From the NCBI GenBank assembly GCA_965198225.1, contig CBDAOY010000008.1, positions 160,001-224,000 on the forward strand: DNA of 64,000 nucleotides. Reading direction: 5' to 3'. The position numbers were made by a program, and so were the translations under genes. Positions 19,726 through 29,926 of the stretch are shown here, in pieces. This stretch comes from Terriglobia bacterium (GTDB taxonomy: Bacteria; Acidobacteriota; Terriglobia; 20CM-2-55-15). Position 1 is the stretch's first letter. Each line of letters opens with the position of its first letter. The notes under the pieces were generated by a model that was not told the origin of the DNA, made no database searches, and saw nothing but the letters and a program-made list of their open reading frames with translations.

Positions 19726-21222
19726 TTAGTTGTTTGCGCCCAGCTTCCGCAGCAGGTCCCCGGCCTTCTGCATCTCGGGGGAAGGGCCTCCGCGGCCCCG
19801 GCTTCTCCCTCCTCGCGTCGTCAGGGACAACGGAGTGCGGCCGTCTTTATTCTCCGCGTTCAGGTCTGCACCTCGCTCGGCAAGCAGCTGAATAACTGAA
19901 GTGAATCCACCTGCCGCCGCCCCGTGCAGGGCGGTGTCGCCGGCCTGGTTGACATCCTTCACGTCGGCACCCGCGTCGAGCAGGAGCTCGACGGCTTCCG
20001 CGACGCGGTTCTCGGAGCGGGGGAACTCGAGATATCCGCCGTCCGCCTCGGGGGCTTTGAACACATCCACCGGACGAACCTGGCGCTCGACCCGGATTCC
20101 CGCGGTCACCATCATCGGAGTCGTCCCATCCAGAATGGCGGTCGCCGGATCGGCGCCGCCGGCGATCAATGCCCGCATGATTTCGACTTCAAGATAGTTG
20201 GCGGCCACAAACAGGGGCGTCCCCCCGGCCATCTTGCTCGACAGAGCCCAGTCCAGATCACCGTGCCGACGGACCGGAGAGCCCTTCGTCATCGGCAGAT
20301 TCGGATCCGCACCGTGGGCCAGGAGCGCGTTCACCGCCTGAAGGTTTCCGCTCAGCGCGGCGGCATGCAACGAGGTGAATCCTCCGCCGGCGGCGTTGGG
20401 GTCCGCGTCCGCTTCCAGCAGCAATGACACGACCCGTTCGTGGCCGCCGAACGCTGCTACCACCAGCGCCGAGTGACCGTCGGCCGATGCGGAGTTCACT
20501 TCCGCTCCCGCCCCCAGAAGCAGACGGGCGGAATCCGTATCCCCGACCCGCGCGGCAAACAACAACGGCTTGCTTCCGCCCACCTCCAGCGGGTCCCCGA
20601 TTGCCTCCGATGTCTGTACAAAATCCCGGGTCCCCCGGTCCAGCATGACGATGAGCCCACGCGTGCTCGTGCTGGCATGGACGTCGGCGCCGTATCGGAG
20701 GAGCACCTCGACCACCTCGGCATGTTGCTGCGACACTGCCCACATCAGCGCCGTCTGCCCACGCGCACTCTCATGTGCGTTCACGTCGGCGCTGAACTCC
20801 AGGAGCGCGCTCACCGTGTCGATACTGCCCGTGCGTGCGGCCTGCATGAGCGGTGTCACTCCGGCCTCGCTGCTGGCGTCGGGATCGGCCCCGGCCTGGA
20901 GCAATGTGCCCGCCACGGCGGCGTTCCCGTTCGCCGCGGCCAGGGCGAGTGGCGTGATTCCGAGGTCGGTGGCCGCGTTCACGTTGGCACCCGAGTCGAT
21001 CAGCAGGCCCACGGTCTCCGCATCATCCCGGTAGACCGCCCAGTGCAACGCGGTCGCTCCATCGCCCTCGGTTGCATTCACGTCTGCCTGGCGTTCGAGC
21101 AGAATCCGAACGGCGGATCTGTCGCTCCGCTTGACCGCTTCCACCAGTTGAGTCTGTCCGGCAGCTGCGAGGTTGGGGGCTAGCAGGAGGAGTAAGAGAA
21201 AGGGGGAGAAGAGGCGTTTCAC
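19726..21222 (-). CDS. Exported ankyrin-repeat protein
   Basis: Many GADxN..G.TPL/TALH repeats and a signal peptide. Confidence 0.92.
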   Translation of the reverse strand: MKRLFSPFLLLLLLAPNLAAAGQTQLVEAVKRSDRSAVRILLERQADVNATEGDGATALHWAVYRDDAETVGLLIDSGANVNAATDLGITPLALAAANGNAAVAGTLLQAGADPDASSEAGVTPLMQAARTGSIDTVSALLEFSADVNAHESARGQTALMWAVSQQHAEVVEVLLRYGADVHASTSTRGLIVMLDRGTRDFVQTSEAIGDPLEVGGSKPLLFAARVGDTDSARLLLGAGAEVNSASADGHSALVVAAFGGHERVVSLLLEADADPNAAGGGFTSLHAAALSGNLQAVNALLAHGADPNLPMTKGSPVRRHGDLDWALSSKMAGGTPLFVAANYLEVEIMRALIAGGADPATAILDGTTPMMVTAGIRVERQVRPVDVFKAPEADGGYLEFPRSENRVAEAVELLLDAGADVKDVNQAGDTALHGAAAGGFTSVIQLLAERGADLNAENKDGRTPLSLTTRGGRSRGRGGPSPEMQKAGDLLRKLGANN

Positions 21223-21338
21223 GCTTTGTTCACGGGAGAGGGGACAGACACCTGTGTCCACACGTGACGTCATGGCTTACCTCTAGAATCCAGTTTTGGG
21301 ACAGAGGAGTCCGTCCCGTCGCTGCTCCGAACCGTTTG

Positions 21339-22661
21339 TCAATCAATGTTGAGCGGGCCCGTGCTGTCGCCGATCTTTTCGACGGGCGCACCGAGTTTGT
21401 CCAGCAGCGTCATGTGCAGGTTCGCCATCGGAGTCTCGTCAGCAAATCGGATATGGCGCCCTGGCTTGAGCCGACCTGCCCCACCACCGGCCAGCAGGAG
21501 CGGCAGTTTCTTCTGAGAATGGGCATTGCCGTCGCTCATGCCGGCACCGTAGATGATAGCGACTTGATCCAGGAGGGATCCGTCGCCGTCCGGCGTCGCC
21601 GCAAGCTTGTCCAGGTAATACTTGAACAGCGTGACGTGAAACTCGTTGATCCTGGCGCATCGCTCCATCCGTTCCGGATCGTTTCGATGGTGCGATATCG
21701 GGTGATGGGCGTCGGGTACGCCGATTTCCGGGTAGGAGCGGCCGCTCAATTCACGGCCGTACATGAACGTCGCGACGCGCGTCACGTCTCCCTGATAGCC
21801 CAGCACCTGCACGTCGAACATCAACTTCGCGTGTTCTTCAAACGTCGCCGGAATTCCGGACGGTCGGCTTACCGCCGGGAGTTCCACGTTGTATGCAGCG
21901 GCCTTCTGGATGCGCTGTTCGACGTCACGAATGTTCTCCAGGTATCCCTCGAGTTTGGAGCGATCCGCCGGGCCGACCTCCTGCTTCAGGCCGGAGACTT
22001 CCCCGAGCAGCGAATCCAGAATGCTGCCCTTCTCCTCGAGGCGGGCACGCCTGGCGACAGGGTCGGTGGTGTCATCGCCGAACAACCTTTCGAAGGCGGC
22101 CGCCGGGTCGGTCTCCATGGGCAATGGCTCCGTTGGACCGGCCCAGGAGATTGTTCCCGTGTAGATGCAACTCCCATAATCACACACGGTCCCGAACTCC
22201 ACCGACTCCAACGCAAGTTCGAGCGACGGCAATGCGGTGTCCTGGCCTAATACTCTCGCCGCGATCTGGTCCATCGACGTGCCGGCCCGGAGCTTGCGGT
22301 ACGGGAACACATCCGTGAGGAACTTGGTACTGGCTTTCGCATGCGAAAAGTCGGAAGTACCCGGCGGCGGCGGCGGGGTGCTGTCCAGCTCGCTCAACAC
22401 CAGGAGGCGATCCCGAAACGGCTCCAGCGGCTTCAGTATTCGGGTGAACTCGAAGGCCTTCCCGTCGGTCTCTGGAAACCACTGTTGGACCGTAACCCCA
22501 TTTGGTACGTATACCGCGCCGAAGCGCATCACCGGTCTGGCGGGCGTCTGGCCGAGCGCCGTCGCTGCGGGCACCATGGCATCCAGCAGCGGCAAAGCCA
22601 CCGCGGCTCCCAGGCCGCGCAGCAGCGTACGGCGGGAAATAGCCTTCTTCGTGATTATCAT
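21339..22661 (-). CDS. DUF1552 (HXXSHH) Tat protein
   Basis: ISRRTLLRGLGAAVALPLLDAM, YVPNG, HHPISHH and GMSDGNAH. Confidence 0.9.
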   Translation of the reverse strand: MIITKKAISRRTLLRGLGAAVALPLLDAMVPAATALGQTPARPVMRFGAVYVPNGVTVQQWFPETDGKAFEFTRILKPLEPFRDRLLVLSELDSTPPPPPGTSDFSHAKASTKFLTDVFPYRKLRAGTSMDQIAARVLGQDTALPSLELALESVEFGTVCDYGSCIYTGTISWAGPTEPLPMETDPAAAFERLFGDDTTDPVARRARLEEKGSILDSLLGEVSGLKQEVGPADRSKLEGYLENIRDVEQRIQKAAAYNVELPAVSRPSGIPATFEEHAKLMFDVQVLGYQGDVTRVATFMYGRELSGRSYPEIGVPDAHHPISHHRNDPERMERCARINEFHVTLFKYYLDKLAATPDGDGSLLDQVAIIYGAGMSDGNAHSQKKLPLLLAGGGAGRLKPGRHIRFADETPMANLHMTLLDKLGAPVEKIGDSTGPLNID

Positions 22662-25138
22662 GATGCCGTTCTCCTCATCTGAAATGGGGTGCTGTCGACG
22701 ATTCCCAGAATGATGGATGACCACCGGTAATCGGTATCCGCGGCCTCCCGCATAATCTTGCGGATGGCCGGGTGGTCGTAGTATTCGATCGTGCGGCCCA
22801 GGGCGTAAGTCAGGAGCTTCTCAGTGAAAGTTTTGACGAAATCCTCACGATGGGTCAACAAGAACTTCCGCAACCCCTCGATGCCTTCAATCTGAGAGCC
22901 ATCGGCGAAAACACCGATCGCATCGATCGGAATGCCGTCTCTTTCGGTGCGCCACCGACCGACCCCATCGAAATTCTCGAGTGCGAACCCGACCGGGTCT
23001 ATTCTGACGTGGCAAACCGCACATGCCGGGTTTGCCCGGTGAAGCGCCATCTGCTCTTTCATCGAACGGAGTTGGCCATCCTCGGTCTTCGGCTCCAGGG
23101 CCGGCACCGATGGTGGCGGGGGCGGTGGGGGCATACCCAGTATGTTTTCGAGCAGCCAAACCCCTCGAACCACCGGCGAGGTGCGGTCGGGATAAGACGT
23201 CACCATCAGGATGCTTCCCTGGCCCAGAAGACCGCCACGCTGGGTACCGCCCAACGTCACCCGCCGAAACCGTTCCCCGTAAACTCCCGGTATCTCGTAG
23301 TGCCGCGCCAGCCGCTCGTTGACGAACGTGTAGTCTGCGCTGAGCATCTCGACGACGCCCCGGTCCTCGCGCAGCTGGCTGTCGAGGAACAGTGCGGTTT
23401 CCTCGAGGAAGGCGTGGCGCAGGTTTTCGTCAAAAAGGTCAAACCGGGAGGGGTCCGGTTGCCATGCATGGACTCTCCGGACGGTCAGCCACTGGCCGGC
23501 GAAATTGTCCACCAGTGCCCTCGATCGGGGATCGTTCAGCATGCGACGGACCTGGCGCTCGAGAACCACTGGGTCTCTGAGCTCACCTCGTAGGGCCACA
23601 TCCAGGAGCTCGTTGTCCGGAATGCTGCTCCAGAGGAAGAACGACAGGCGGGACGCCAGTTCGACCTGGCTTATCTGGTGGACCGCGCCCGTGTCCGAGC
23701 CGGGCGGATCGCGTTCGATGCGGTACAGAAAGTTGAAGCTCACCAGGAGCCTCTCGATCGCCTTCTGTATTCCGGACTCGAAGTTCATCTTGCTCCGCCC
23801 GGTCTGGTAGAAGCCGAGAAGGGTTTCTACTTCTTCCTCGGTGACCGGCCGGCGATACGCGCGGCGAGCGAGTCGAGAGAGAATCGTTCTGGCGCAGGGG
23901 GCTTCTTCTACGGCGCTCGTGGGCCGGCACACAAACACCGCCCGGCGGCTCGGAGTGTCCCCCGCCCCCCCGGAAAGATACGGGCCGCCGATGTCGACGC
24001 TCGCCACCGCGGCGTTATCGTCATACAGTTCATCGAAGTGGCGGCCGAAAGTCCTCATTCCGTAGCGCGGCTGAAGAAACCCTTCATCTTCCCATGGGGT
24101 GTCGACGAACGAGACTCCGAGGGTTCGCGTTCCGGCCTGAACCGGAACACGGGCATCCAGGCCCGCGTCCGCCTCATGCATGTACTGCTCCCATTCCAGA
24201 TCTCCGACGATTTCTCCCGTCCACGTCAACGGTCCGGCCAAGCCCGGCGCCTCGCCTCCGACCGTGAATCGGCGAACGCGTTTGCCATCGACACGAACAT
24301 CGATCTGCTGCGGGGAGCCCATTCCCATGATGTAGTCGTAAGCCTGTCGACGCAGGCGCACGCGGATGATGTATTCACCGTCCAGCGGAAAGTGATGGCG
24401 AATCGCCACGCCCCCACGAGATCCGAAGGGCAGGTCTTCACTGACGCGGACGTCTTGATCCAGAACCTCGGAAACCGTGTACTGTTTGAAGCTGGGAACG
24501 ATGCCCATCGTCGGGTCACCCACGGCGAGCCGGCTGACCTTTCGAGCCGCCGACATGTAGCGTTCCAGGTGCGCCGGCGAGAGCGGCAGATTCGAGGCAA
24601 TGTTGTCGAAGCCGGCCTCGGCCTCGTCGGGAAGCGGTAGCGAGTTTCCGTCGACCTCGAGCGCAAGCAGGTCGCGGACGGCGTTCGCGTACTCGGTCTG
24701 ATTCAGGCGATGGACGCCGATCGTGCCGGGTTCCGGATTCGCGGCAGCGACGCGGTCGAGTTCGGTCTCTAACCAGGACAGAATCGAGCGGGACTCTGAC
24801 GCATCCGGCCGCGGCATGCCCGTCGGTGGCATTTGACCCGTGCCCAGCTTGTGCAGGACCTTCTCCCACACTTCCAGGTTGGCGTCCACGTGCTCGACGT
24901 CGATCCCCTCCAGCGTGAGCCCCGCGGTGAGAAGCTGCTCGTTGTGGCACGCGACGCAATTCGCGTCTACGAACTCTCGCTGTGCTGAAGCGCGTCCGGG
25001 GACCGGGCTCGATGGCTCCTGGTGCGTCCGCGTCGGTGGGTTTGCCGGAGGGCTCGCTCCCGTCGTCACCGTGCGGCCATAGCCGAACACCAGCGGAACC
25101 AATAATACCGAAAGCCAGACGGACCTCGTCATCCGCAT
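22658..25138 (-). CDS. DUF1592/DUF1588/DUF1585-type cytochrome c domain protein
   Basis: CVACH near the N-terminus, HRLNQTEY, LASRLSFFLWSS, TSPVVRG and CAVCH near the C-terminus. Confidence 0.9.
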   Translation of the reverse strand: MRMTRSVWLSVLLVPLVFGYGRTVTTGASPPANPPTRTHQEPSSPVPGRASAQREFVDANCVACHNEQLLTAGLTLEGIDVEHVDANLEVWEKVLHKLGTGQMPPTGMPRPDASESRSILSWLETELDRVAAANPEPGTIGVHRLNQTEYANAVRDLLALEVDGNSLPLPDEAEAGFDNIASNLPLSPAHLERYMSAARKVSRLAVGDPTMGIVPSFKQYTVSEVLDQDVRVSEDLPFGSRGGVAIRHHFPLDGEYIIRVRLRRQAYDYIMGMGSPQQIDVRVDGKRVRRFTVGGEAPGLAGPLTWTGEIVGDLEWEQYMHEADAGLDARVPVQAGTRTLGVSFVDTPWEDEGFLQPRYGMRTFGRHFDELYDDNAAVASVDIGGPYLSGGAGDTPSRRAVFVCRPTSAVEEAPCARTILSRLARRAYRRPVTEEEVETLLGFYQTGRSKMNFESGIQKAIERLLVSFNFLYRIERDPPGSDTGAVHQISQVELASRLSFFLWSSIPDNELLDVALRGELRDPVVLERQVRRMLNDPRSRALVDNFAGQWLTVRRVHAWQPDPSRFDLFDENLRHAFLEETALFLDSQLREDRGVVEMLSADYTFVNERLARHYEIPGVYGERFRRVTLGGTQRGGLLGQGSILMVTSYPDRTSPVVRGVWLLENILGMPPPPPPPSVPALEPKTEDGQLRSMKEQMALHRANPACAVCHVRIDPVGFALENFDGVGRWRTERDGIPIDAIGVFADGSQIEGIEGLRKFLLTHREDFVKTFTEKLLTYALGRTIEYYDHPAIRKIMREAADTDYRWSSIILGIVDSTPFQMRRTAS

Positions 25139-25408
25139 GTGGTACCTCTCAGAGTGTCGGCTGAGACTCCTGACCGCAATCTAAGTCAGTAGAAACAGGA
25201 CGATTGCACGAATTATACGGATCGGGGAGCACCGGCGTCAATGGGACTCCAAGGTTTGAGGAATTGAAAGAACCCGTGCTGTGCCTTAGACTTTCCGTTA
25301 ATTTCAAAAGTTCCCTAACTGAAACGAGGGAATCGGGTGCGGTTGCCGAGAAGGAGATCGATCGGGCGAGGCAGCCCCTCTTGAAGACTCGAAAAACTGG
25401 AGGTAGGG

Positions 25409-26848
25409 ATGAAGATCCGAACAAGACTCCTGTGGATGCTGGCCCTGGGCGGGCTGGCTACATCGGTCGCCGGTAGCACGCAGAGCCAGGATTCCGTCGC
25501 GCAGTCGGTAGAAAGCCGTCGTTCGCACTACGCCGACATCGCGAAACAGATCTGGGACCTCGCCGAAGTCGGGTATCAGGAGGAACGAAGTTCCCAGCTT
25601 CTGCAGGCCGAGTTGGAGTCGGCGGGCTTTGATGTTCGAAGCGGCGTTGCGGGAATGCCCACGGCTTTCGTTGCGAGCTATGGCGAGGGTTCGCCGGTGA
25701 TCGGCATCCTCGCGGAGTACGACGCTCTTCCCGGACTCTCCCAGGAGGTTGCCGGCGAGCGCGCTCCTATTCCCGGACTGGGCGCCGGCCATGCTTGCGG
25801 CCATCACCTTTTCGGGACGGGTTCGGTTGCCGCGGCCGTCGCTGCGAAAGAATGGCTGCAGCGGTCCGGCACTTCCGGCACGATCCGGCTCTACGGCACG
25901 CCGGCCGAGGAAGGAGGGGCGGGCAAGGTTTACATGGTGCGCGAGAATTTGTTTGAAGATGTCGACGCTGTCCTGGCCTGGCACCCGAGCTCCGCCAACA
26001 ACGCCAGTCCGTCTACCTCGCTGGCCAATATCTCCGCCAAGTTCCGTTTTTACGGGGTTTCGGCTCATGCTGCCGGCGCGCCCGATCAGGGGCGATCCGC
26101 TCTCGACGGCGTGGAGGCCATGAACCACATGGTGAACCTGTTGCGCGAACACGTTCCCCAGGAATCGCGCATCCACTACGTGATCACCAGCGGAGGCTCG
26201 GCTCCGAACGTCGTGCCGGACTTTGCGGAGGTCTACTACTACTGCCGACACCCCGATGTCGAAGTGGCCAAGAGCACGTTCGACCGGATCGTCAAAGCGG
26301 CCGAAGGCGCAGCCATGGGTACAGGCACGACCGTCGAATACGAACGCATTCACGGCCTATACAGCATGTTGCCGAATCACTACCTCGGAAAGCTGCTCGA
26401 CAGCTCTTTGCGCGAAGTCGGCGGCTTCACCTACACGGAGGAGGAAACATCTTTTGCCGAACAGATCCTGACCACGCTGATCCAGCCGGGGATGATCGGC
26501 TCGCAGGAGCAGGTCCGGGAATGGGCGCCGACTGCCGGAAGAGGGTCGACGGACGTTGCAGATGTCAGTTGGGTGGTTCCGACCGCGCAATTCCGGACAG
26601 CGACGTGGGTGCCCGGGACCCCGGCCCACAGCTGGCAGGCCGTCGCCGCCGGAGGCACGAGCATCGGCACGAACGGGATGATGATTGCGGCCAAAACCCT
26701 GGCGGCCACGGCCGTTGAGCTGTTCAGCAACCCGAACCATGTGAAGGAGGGGCTTGCGGAGCTCGAACGTCAGCGCGGAGCGGGTTTCCGCTACGAGGCC
26801 CTGGTCGGTGACCGCGATCCCCCGCTGGACTACCGAAAGAACCCGTAA
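25409..26848 (+). CDS. M20 amidohydrolase (AbgB-like) with signal peptide
   Basis: AEYDALPGL, GHACGHH, GTPAEEGG, GSTDVADVSW and HSWQ. Confidence 0.9.
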   Translation: MKIRTRLLWMLALGGLATSVAGSTQSQDSVAQSVESRRSHYADIAKQIWDLAEVGYQEERSSQLLQAELESAGFDVRSGVAGMPTAFVASYGEGSPVIGILAEYDALPGLSQEVAGERAPIPGLGAGHACGHHLFGTGSVAAAVAAKEWLQRSGTSGTIRLYGTPAEEGGAGKVYMVRENLFEDVDAVLAWHPSSANNASPSTSLANISAKFRFYGVSAHAAGAPDQGRSALDGVEAMNHMVNLLREHVPQESRIHYVITSGGSAPNVVPDFAEVYYYCRHPDVEVAKSTFDRIVKAAEGAAMGTGTTVEYERIHGLYSMLPNHYLGKLLDSSLREVGGFTYTEEETSFAEQILTTLIQPGMIGSQEQVREWAPTAGRGSTDVADVSWVVPTAQFRTATWVPGTPAHSWQAVAAGGTSIGTNGMMIAAKTLAATAVELFSNPNHVKEGLAELERQRGAGFRYEALVGDRDPPLDYRKNP

Positions 26849-26879
26849 GAAAAATGGACAGCGGGGACTTCAGGATCGA

Positions 26880-27057
26880 GTGTAGGTGCGCTCTATGAGC
26901 GCACAGTGTTTCGGTTCGAAGGATGTGCGGTCATAGACCCGCCGGCGAGCCGGTGAAGAGGTCTGGGGAATGAGAGGGCGAAACTTCAGGATCGGGTGTA
27001 GGTGCGCTCTATGAGCGCACATCTCGAAGAATGTGCGGTCATAGACCGCACCTACAC
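26880..27057. repeat. Two REP doublets (26880-26939 partial, and 26996-27057)
   Basis: Same family, located between convergent genes. Confidence 0.85.
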
Positions 27058-28064
27058 TAAGGACCCGTGGGTCGGCCGGAAAGGCGCCTTCCCGCCTTGA
27101 CGGCGTCGAAGGCATCCTGATTCCGTCGCTGCATGGTGAACACCTCGAACCCCCGCTCCATCAGGCTCTCGATCTGGTCGGGGTTGTTCGCCGGGTGGCT
27201 GCACGGCACCGTGAACTCCGTGCACGCCGCAATGACGGCCTCAACCGCGGCATCGAAGCCCACCTGGTCGCGCACCCGCTCGCCCGCGGCGTTCGTCGAG
27301 CTGAAAACACGCCCCAGAGTACCGGCGCCGACAATCAGGGTGCTGAGACCCGGAACGGCCGCGATCTCCCGCACGTTCGCGATGCCCTCTCTGCTCTCGA
27401 CGATGGCCCAGAGGACAAGCTCACCGTTGGGACTGATCGGCCACACGTCGGCTCGCTCGAGGTACTCGTCCTCCGTCAGGCCCCAGTAGGCTGCGGCCAG
27501 ACCGATGCCCTCCTCCGGGCGGGTGCCGCCCCTGGAGCGGAAGCGCATCGCGTCGATCGCCTGGCGGACCTCCTCGGCACTCTCCACTTCCTGCATCATG
27601 ATGCCGGCGTGGCCCGCGTTCAACTGGTCGACGATGCGCGCTGCGGCTGCTTCCGGGTTGTCGTGGACGATCGGAATCTTCGAGATGAACGCGTGGTCGC
27701 GCATCGATCCGCCCACGGCGAGCATGGCCTCCATATACCCCGTAAACCTCTCCGCCGAGGCGGGCCGGTAGCTGTTGTACTCGAAGTCACTGACTTTGTA
27801 ACCCACCGTCTCCCGCGCGACGTCCGCCAGCACGGGTTGCGGCAGAGCCGCTGCGGGTCCTCGCCTCGCGCCTCGTCCCCGCCTCGCGCCTCGCGCTCCC
27901 CGAGCGTCGATCGCCGGGTGGGTGACGCCGAACACCGGCAGTCCCTGCTCGTGGAGCACGATCATCGGGTTGAGCCGCTTCGTGTCCTGTTTCTGGGCCG
28001 GTCCCACCATCGGGCTTCCGAGAACGGCCAGCCCGAACACTACGACGATAAAGCTTAAACGCAT
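27057..28064 (-). CDS. HpcH/HpaI aldolase/citrate-lyase family protein with signal peptide
   Basis: VESAEEVRQAIDAMRF, WAIVESREGIANVREIAAVPGL and GAGTL. Confidence 0.8.
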   Translation of the reverse strand: MRLSFIVVVFGLAVLGSPMVGPAQKQDTKRLNPMIVLHEQGLPVFGVTHPAIDARGARGARRGRGARRGPAAALPQPVLADVARETVGYKVSDFEYNSYRPASAERFTGYMEAMLAVGGSMRDHAFISKIPIVHDNPEAAAARIVDQLNAGHAGIMMQEVESAEEVRQAIDAMRFRSRGGTRPEEGIGLAAAYWGLTEDEYLERADVWPISPNGELVLWAIVESREGIANVREIAAVPGLSTLIVGAGTLGRVFSSTNAAGERVRDQVGFDAAVEAVIAACTEFTVPCSHPANNPDQIESLMERGFEVFTMQRRNQDAFDAVKAGRRLSGRPTGP

Positions 28065-28360
28065 CAGATCTTCCCCCCGCTGGGTCGGCATTGGCACTTT
28101 CGTGACCTGCGATGCTACGCCGGACAGGGAACCGTTGACAAGGATCTCGCGTCAGGCGGAAGCGACTAGAAAAATAGGGTCCGTCGTGACTGACTCTGTC
28201 TTTTTCGTGGGACTCTCCGTCTTCCGCCGGCGGGACAGACTTTGTTTGCTTCCAACCCCTTCCTTTCGTATTATTTGTCCGATTTCCCAACACTCGAAAG
28301 CAAACCCCTGAGAGACGGGATCGCAGCCGGCTCTCGGCAACTGCGGAGGCCGTAATGACA

Positions 28361-29161
28361 ATGAAAGCAAGTCTCAGCCTACTCATCCTGTGCGGTGTGT
28401 GCGCCCTGGCGGCGCTGCCGACGGCCTCGGCCCAGCTTCCCCCGCCGAACGCGACCGGGGTTGCGACCGGGCACATCCACCTGAACGTCGGTGATGTAGA
28501 AGCACAGAAGGAATTCTGGATCGATATGGGCGCCGAGGTGACATCGACAGGTAACCTGGAAATGCTTCGATTCCCGGGAATGTACATCTTGCTCCGGGAC
28601 CGGGAACCGACCGGTCCGTCCGACGGATCTACGGTGAACCACTTCGGGTTTTCAGTCACAGATTACGCCGCGATCCGGTCGAAGCTCATGGCCCGCAACG
28701 TCGATGTCTCGGCCGACAGGGAGGAAAATAAACAGATCACGATTCGGTCCCCGGACGGCGCACTGATCGAGTTCACAGAAGACGATTCGATCGACGTTCC
28801 GATCGCGTTTCACCACATCCACATGGACCATACGGACCAGGAGGGTATACGGGACTGGTACGTCAAGATCTTCGGAGCGGAGTCTTCTTCACGCCGCATC
28901 TGGCCCTCTGCCGTCGTCCCGGGCGGACGCGTCGACGTCCGGAAAGCCGATGCTCCGAGGGAGCCGACCCAGGGTCGAGCGGTTGACCACATCGGTTTCG
29001 AAGTCGCCGACATGGACGCATTCGCCGCCCGCCTGTGCTCCGAAGGCGTCAAATTCGACGTCGAGCCTCGTGAGATACCCCGAATCGGCCTGAAGATCGC
29101 CTTCATTACCGATCCCATCGGGACCTACATCGAGATCACCGAGGGACTGGCAGGGAAGTGA
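28361..29161 (+). CDS. VOC/glyoxalase family protein with signal peptide
   Basis: GHIHL, NHFGF, HHIH, DHIGFEV and DPIGTYIEITE. Confidence 0.85.
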   Translation: MKASLSLLILCGVCALAALPTASAQLPPPNATGVATGHIHLNVGDVEAQKEFWIDMGAEVTSTGNLEMLRFPGMYILLRDREPTGPSDGSTVNHFGFSVTDYAAIRSKLMARNVDVSADREENKQITIRSPDGALIEFTEDDSIDVPIAFHHIHMDHTDQEGIRDWYVKIFGAESSSRRIWPSAVVPGGRVDVRKADAPREPTQGRAVDHIGFEVADMDAFAARLCSEGVKFDVEPREIPRIGLKIAFITDPIGTYIEITEGLAGK

Positions 29162-29239
29162 GGTCTGAACCCGTTCGAACGCACGCCCGTGCCATCTGTA
29201 TCTGAATACATTAGGCACACGTTGTGATACTCTTGGAGA

Positions 29240-29530
29240 GTGAAGCGGTACAGTTGGGATCCCCAGAAGAACGAGAGGCTGATTGAAGAGCGCGGCATTT
29301 CGTTCGAGGAGATCGTGTTTCACATCGAACGTGGCGACGAAGTGGACATTCTGGAGCACCCAAATCAGGCGCGCTACCCTGGCCAGAGGATTTCAGTCGT
29401 CATCGTCGAAGAGTACGCATACCTCGTGCCCTATTCGGAATCTGACACGGAGATCTTCCTGAAGACGATCATTCCCAGCCGCAAGGCCACAAAGAAATAC
29501 GTTGGAGATAAAGATGAGCAGACTCACTAA
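29240..29530 (+). CDS. BrnT-family toxin
   Basis: WDPQKNERL..ERGISFEE...IFLKTIIPSRKATKKY. Confidence 0.85.
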   Translation: MKRYSWDPQKNERLIEERGISFEEIVFHIERGDEVDILEHPNQARYPGQRISVVIVEEYAYLVPYSESDTEIFLKTIIPSRKATKKYVGDKDEQTH

Positions 29531-29801
29531 GGAGGAGCGCGAAATCCTGGAAGCGTTCGAGCGCGGCGAACTGAAGTCGGTACGCGGGAAGGTGGCGGCA
29601 ATCAAGAAGCATCGTGAGTATGCGGCGTCGACGTTTCGGAAGGATCGGCGCGTCAACATCAGAATTTCGAGCCGTGACCTCGAAGCACTCCAGAAACGCG
29701 CACTGGTGGAAGGTATCCCCTATCAGACATTGATTGCGAGCGTCCTCCACAAGTTTGTGGATGGACGGCTCAGAGAAAGGGCATCGACGGAGTCGCTGTA
29801 A
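29514..29801 (+). CDS. Ribbon-helix-helix antitoxin
   Basis: RVNIRIS..DL..LQKRALVEGIPYQTLIASVLHK. Overlaps the toxin stop. Confidence 0.85.
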   Translation: MSRLTKEEREILEAFERGELKSVRGKVAAIKKHREYAASTFRKDRRVNIRISSRDLEALQKRALVEGIPYQTLIASVLHKFVDGRLRERASTESL

Positions 29802-29861
29802 CCTGCGACCCGGCGACAAGCTGCGAACGAATTGTGGGAACGGAAACTCCGGGCTTTCCAG

Positions 29862-29886
29862 GTGTAGGTGCGGTCTATGACCGCAC
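29862..29886 (+). repeat. Single REP copy
   Basis: GTGTAGGTGCGGTCTATGACCGCAC. Confidence 0.8.
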
Positions 29887-29926
29887 ATCTGCACGTCAAA
29901 GTGGGATTTCGATTCGTCGATACCGG

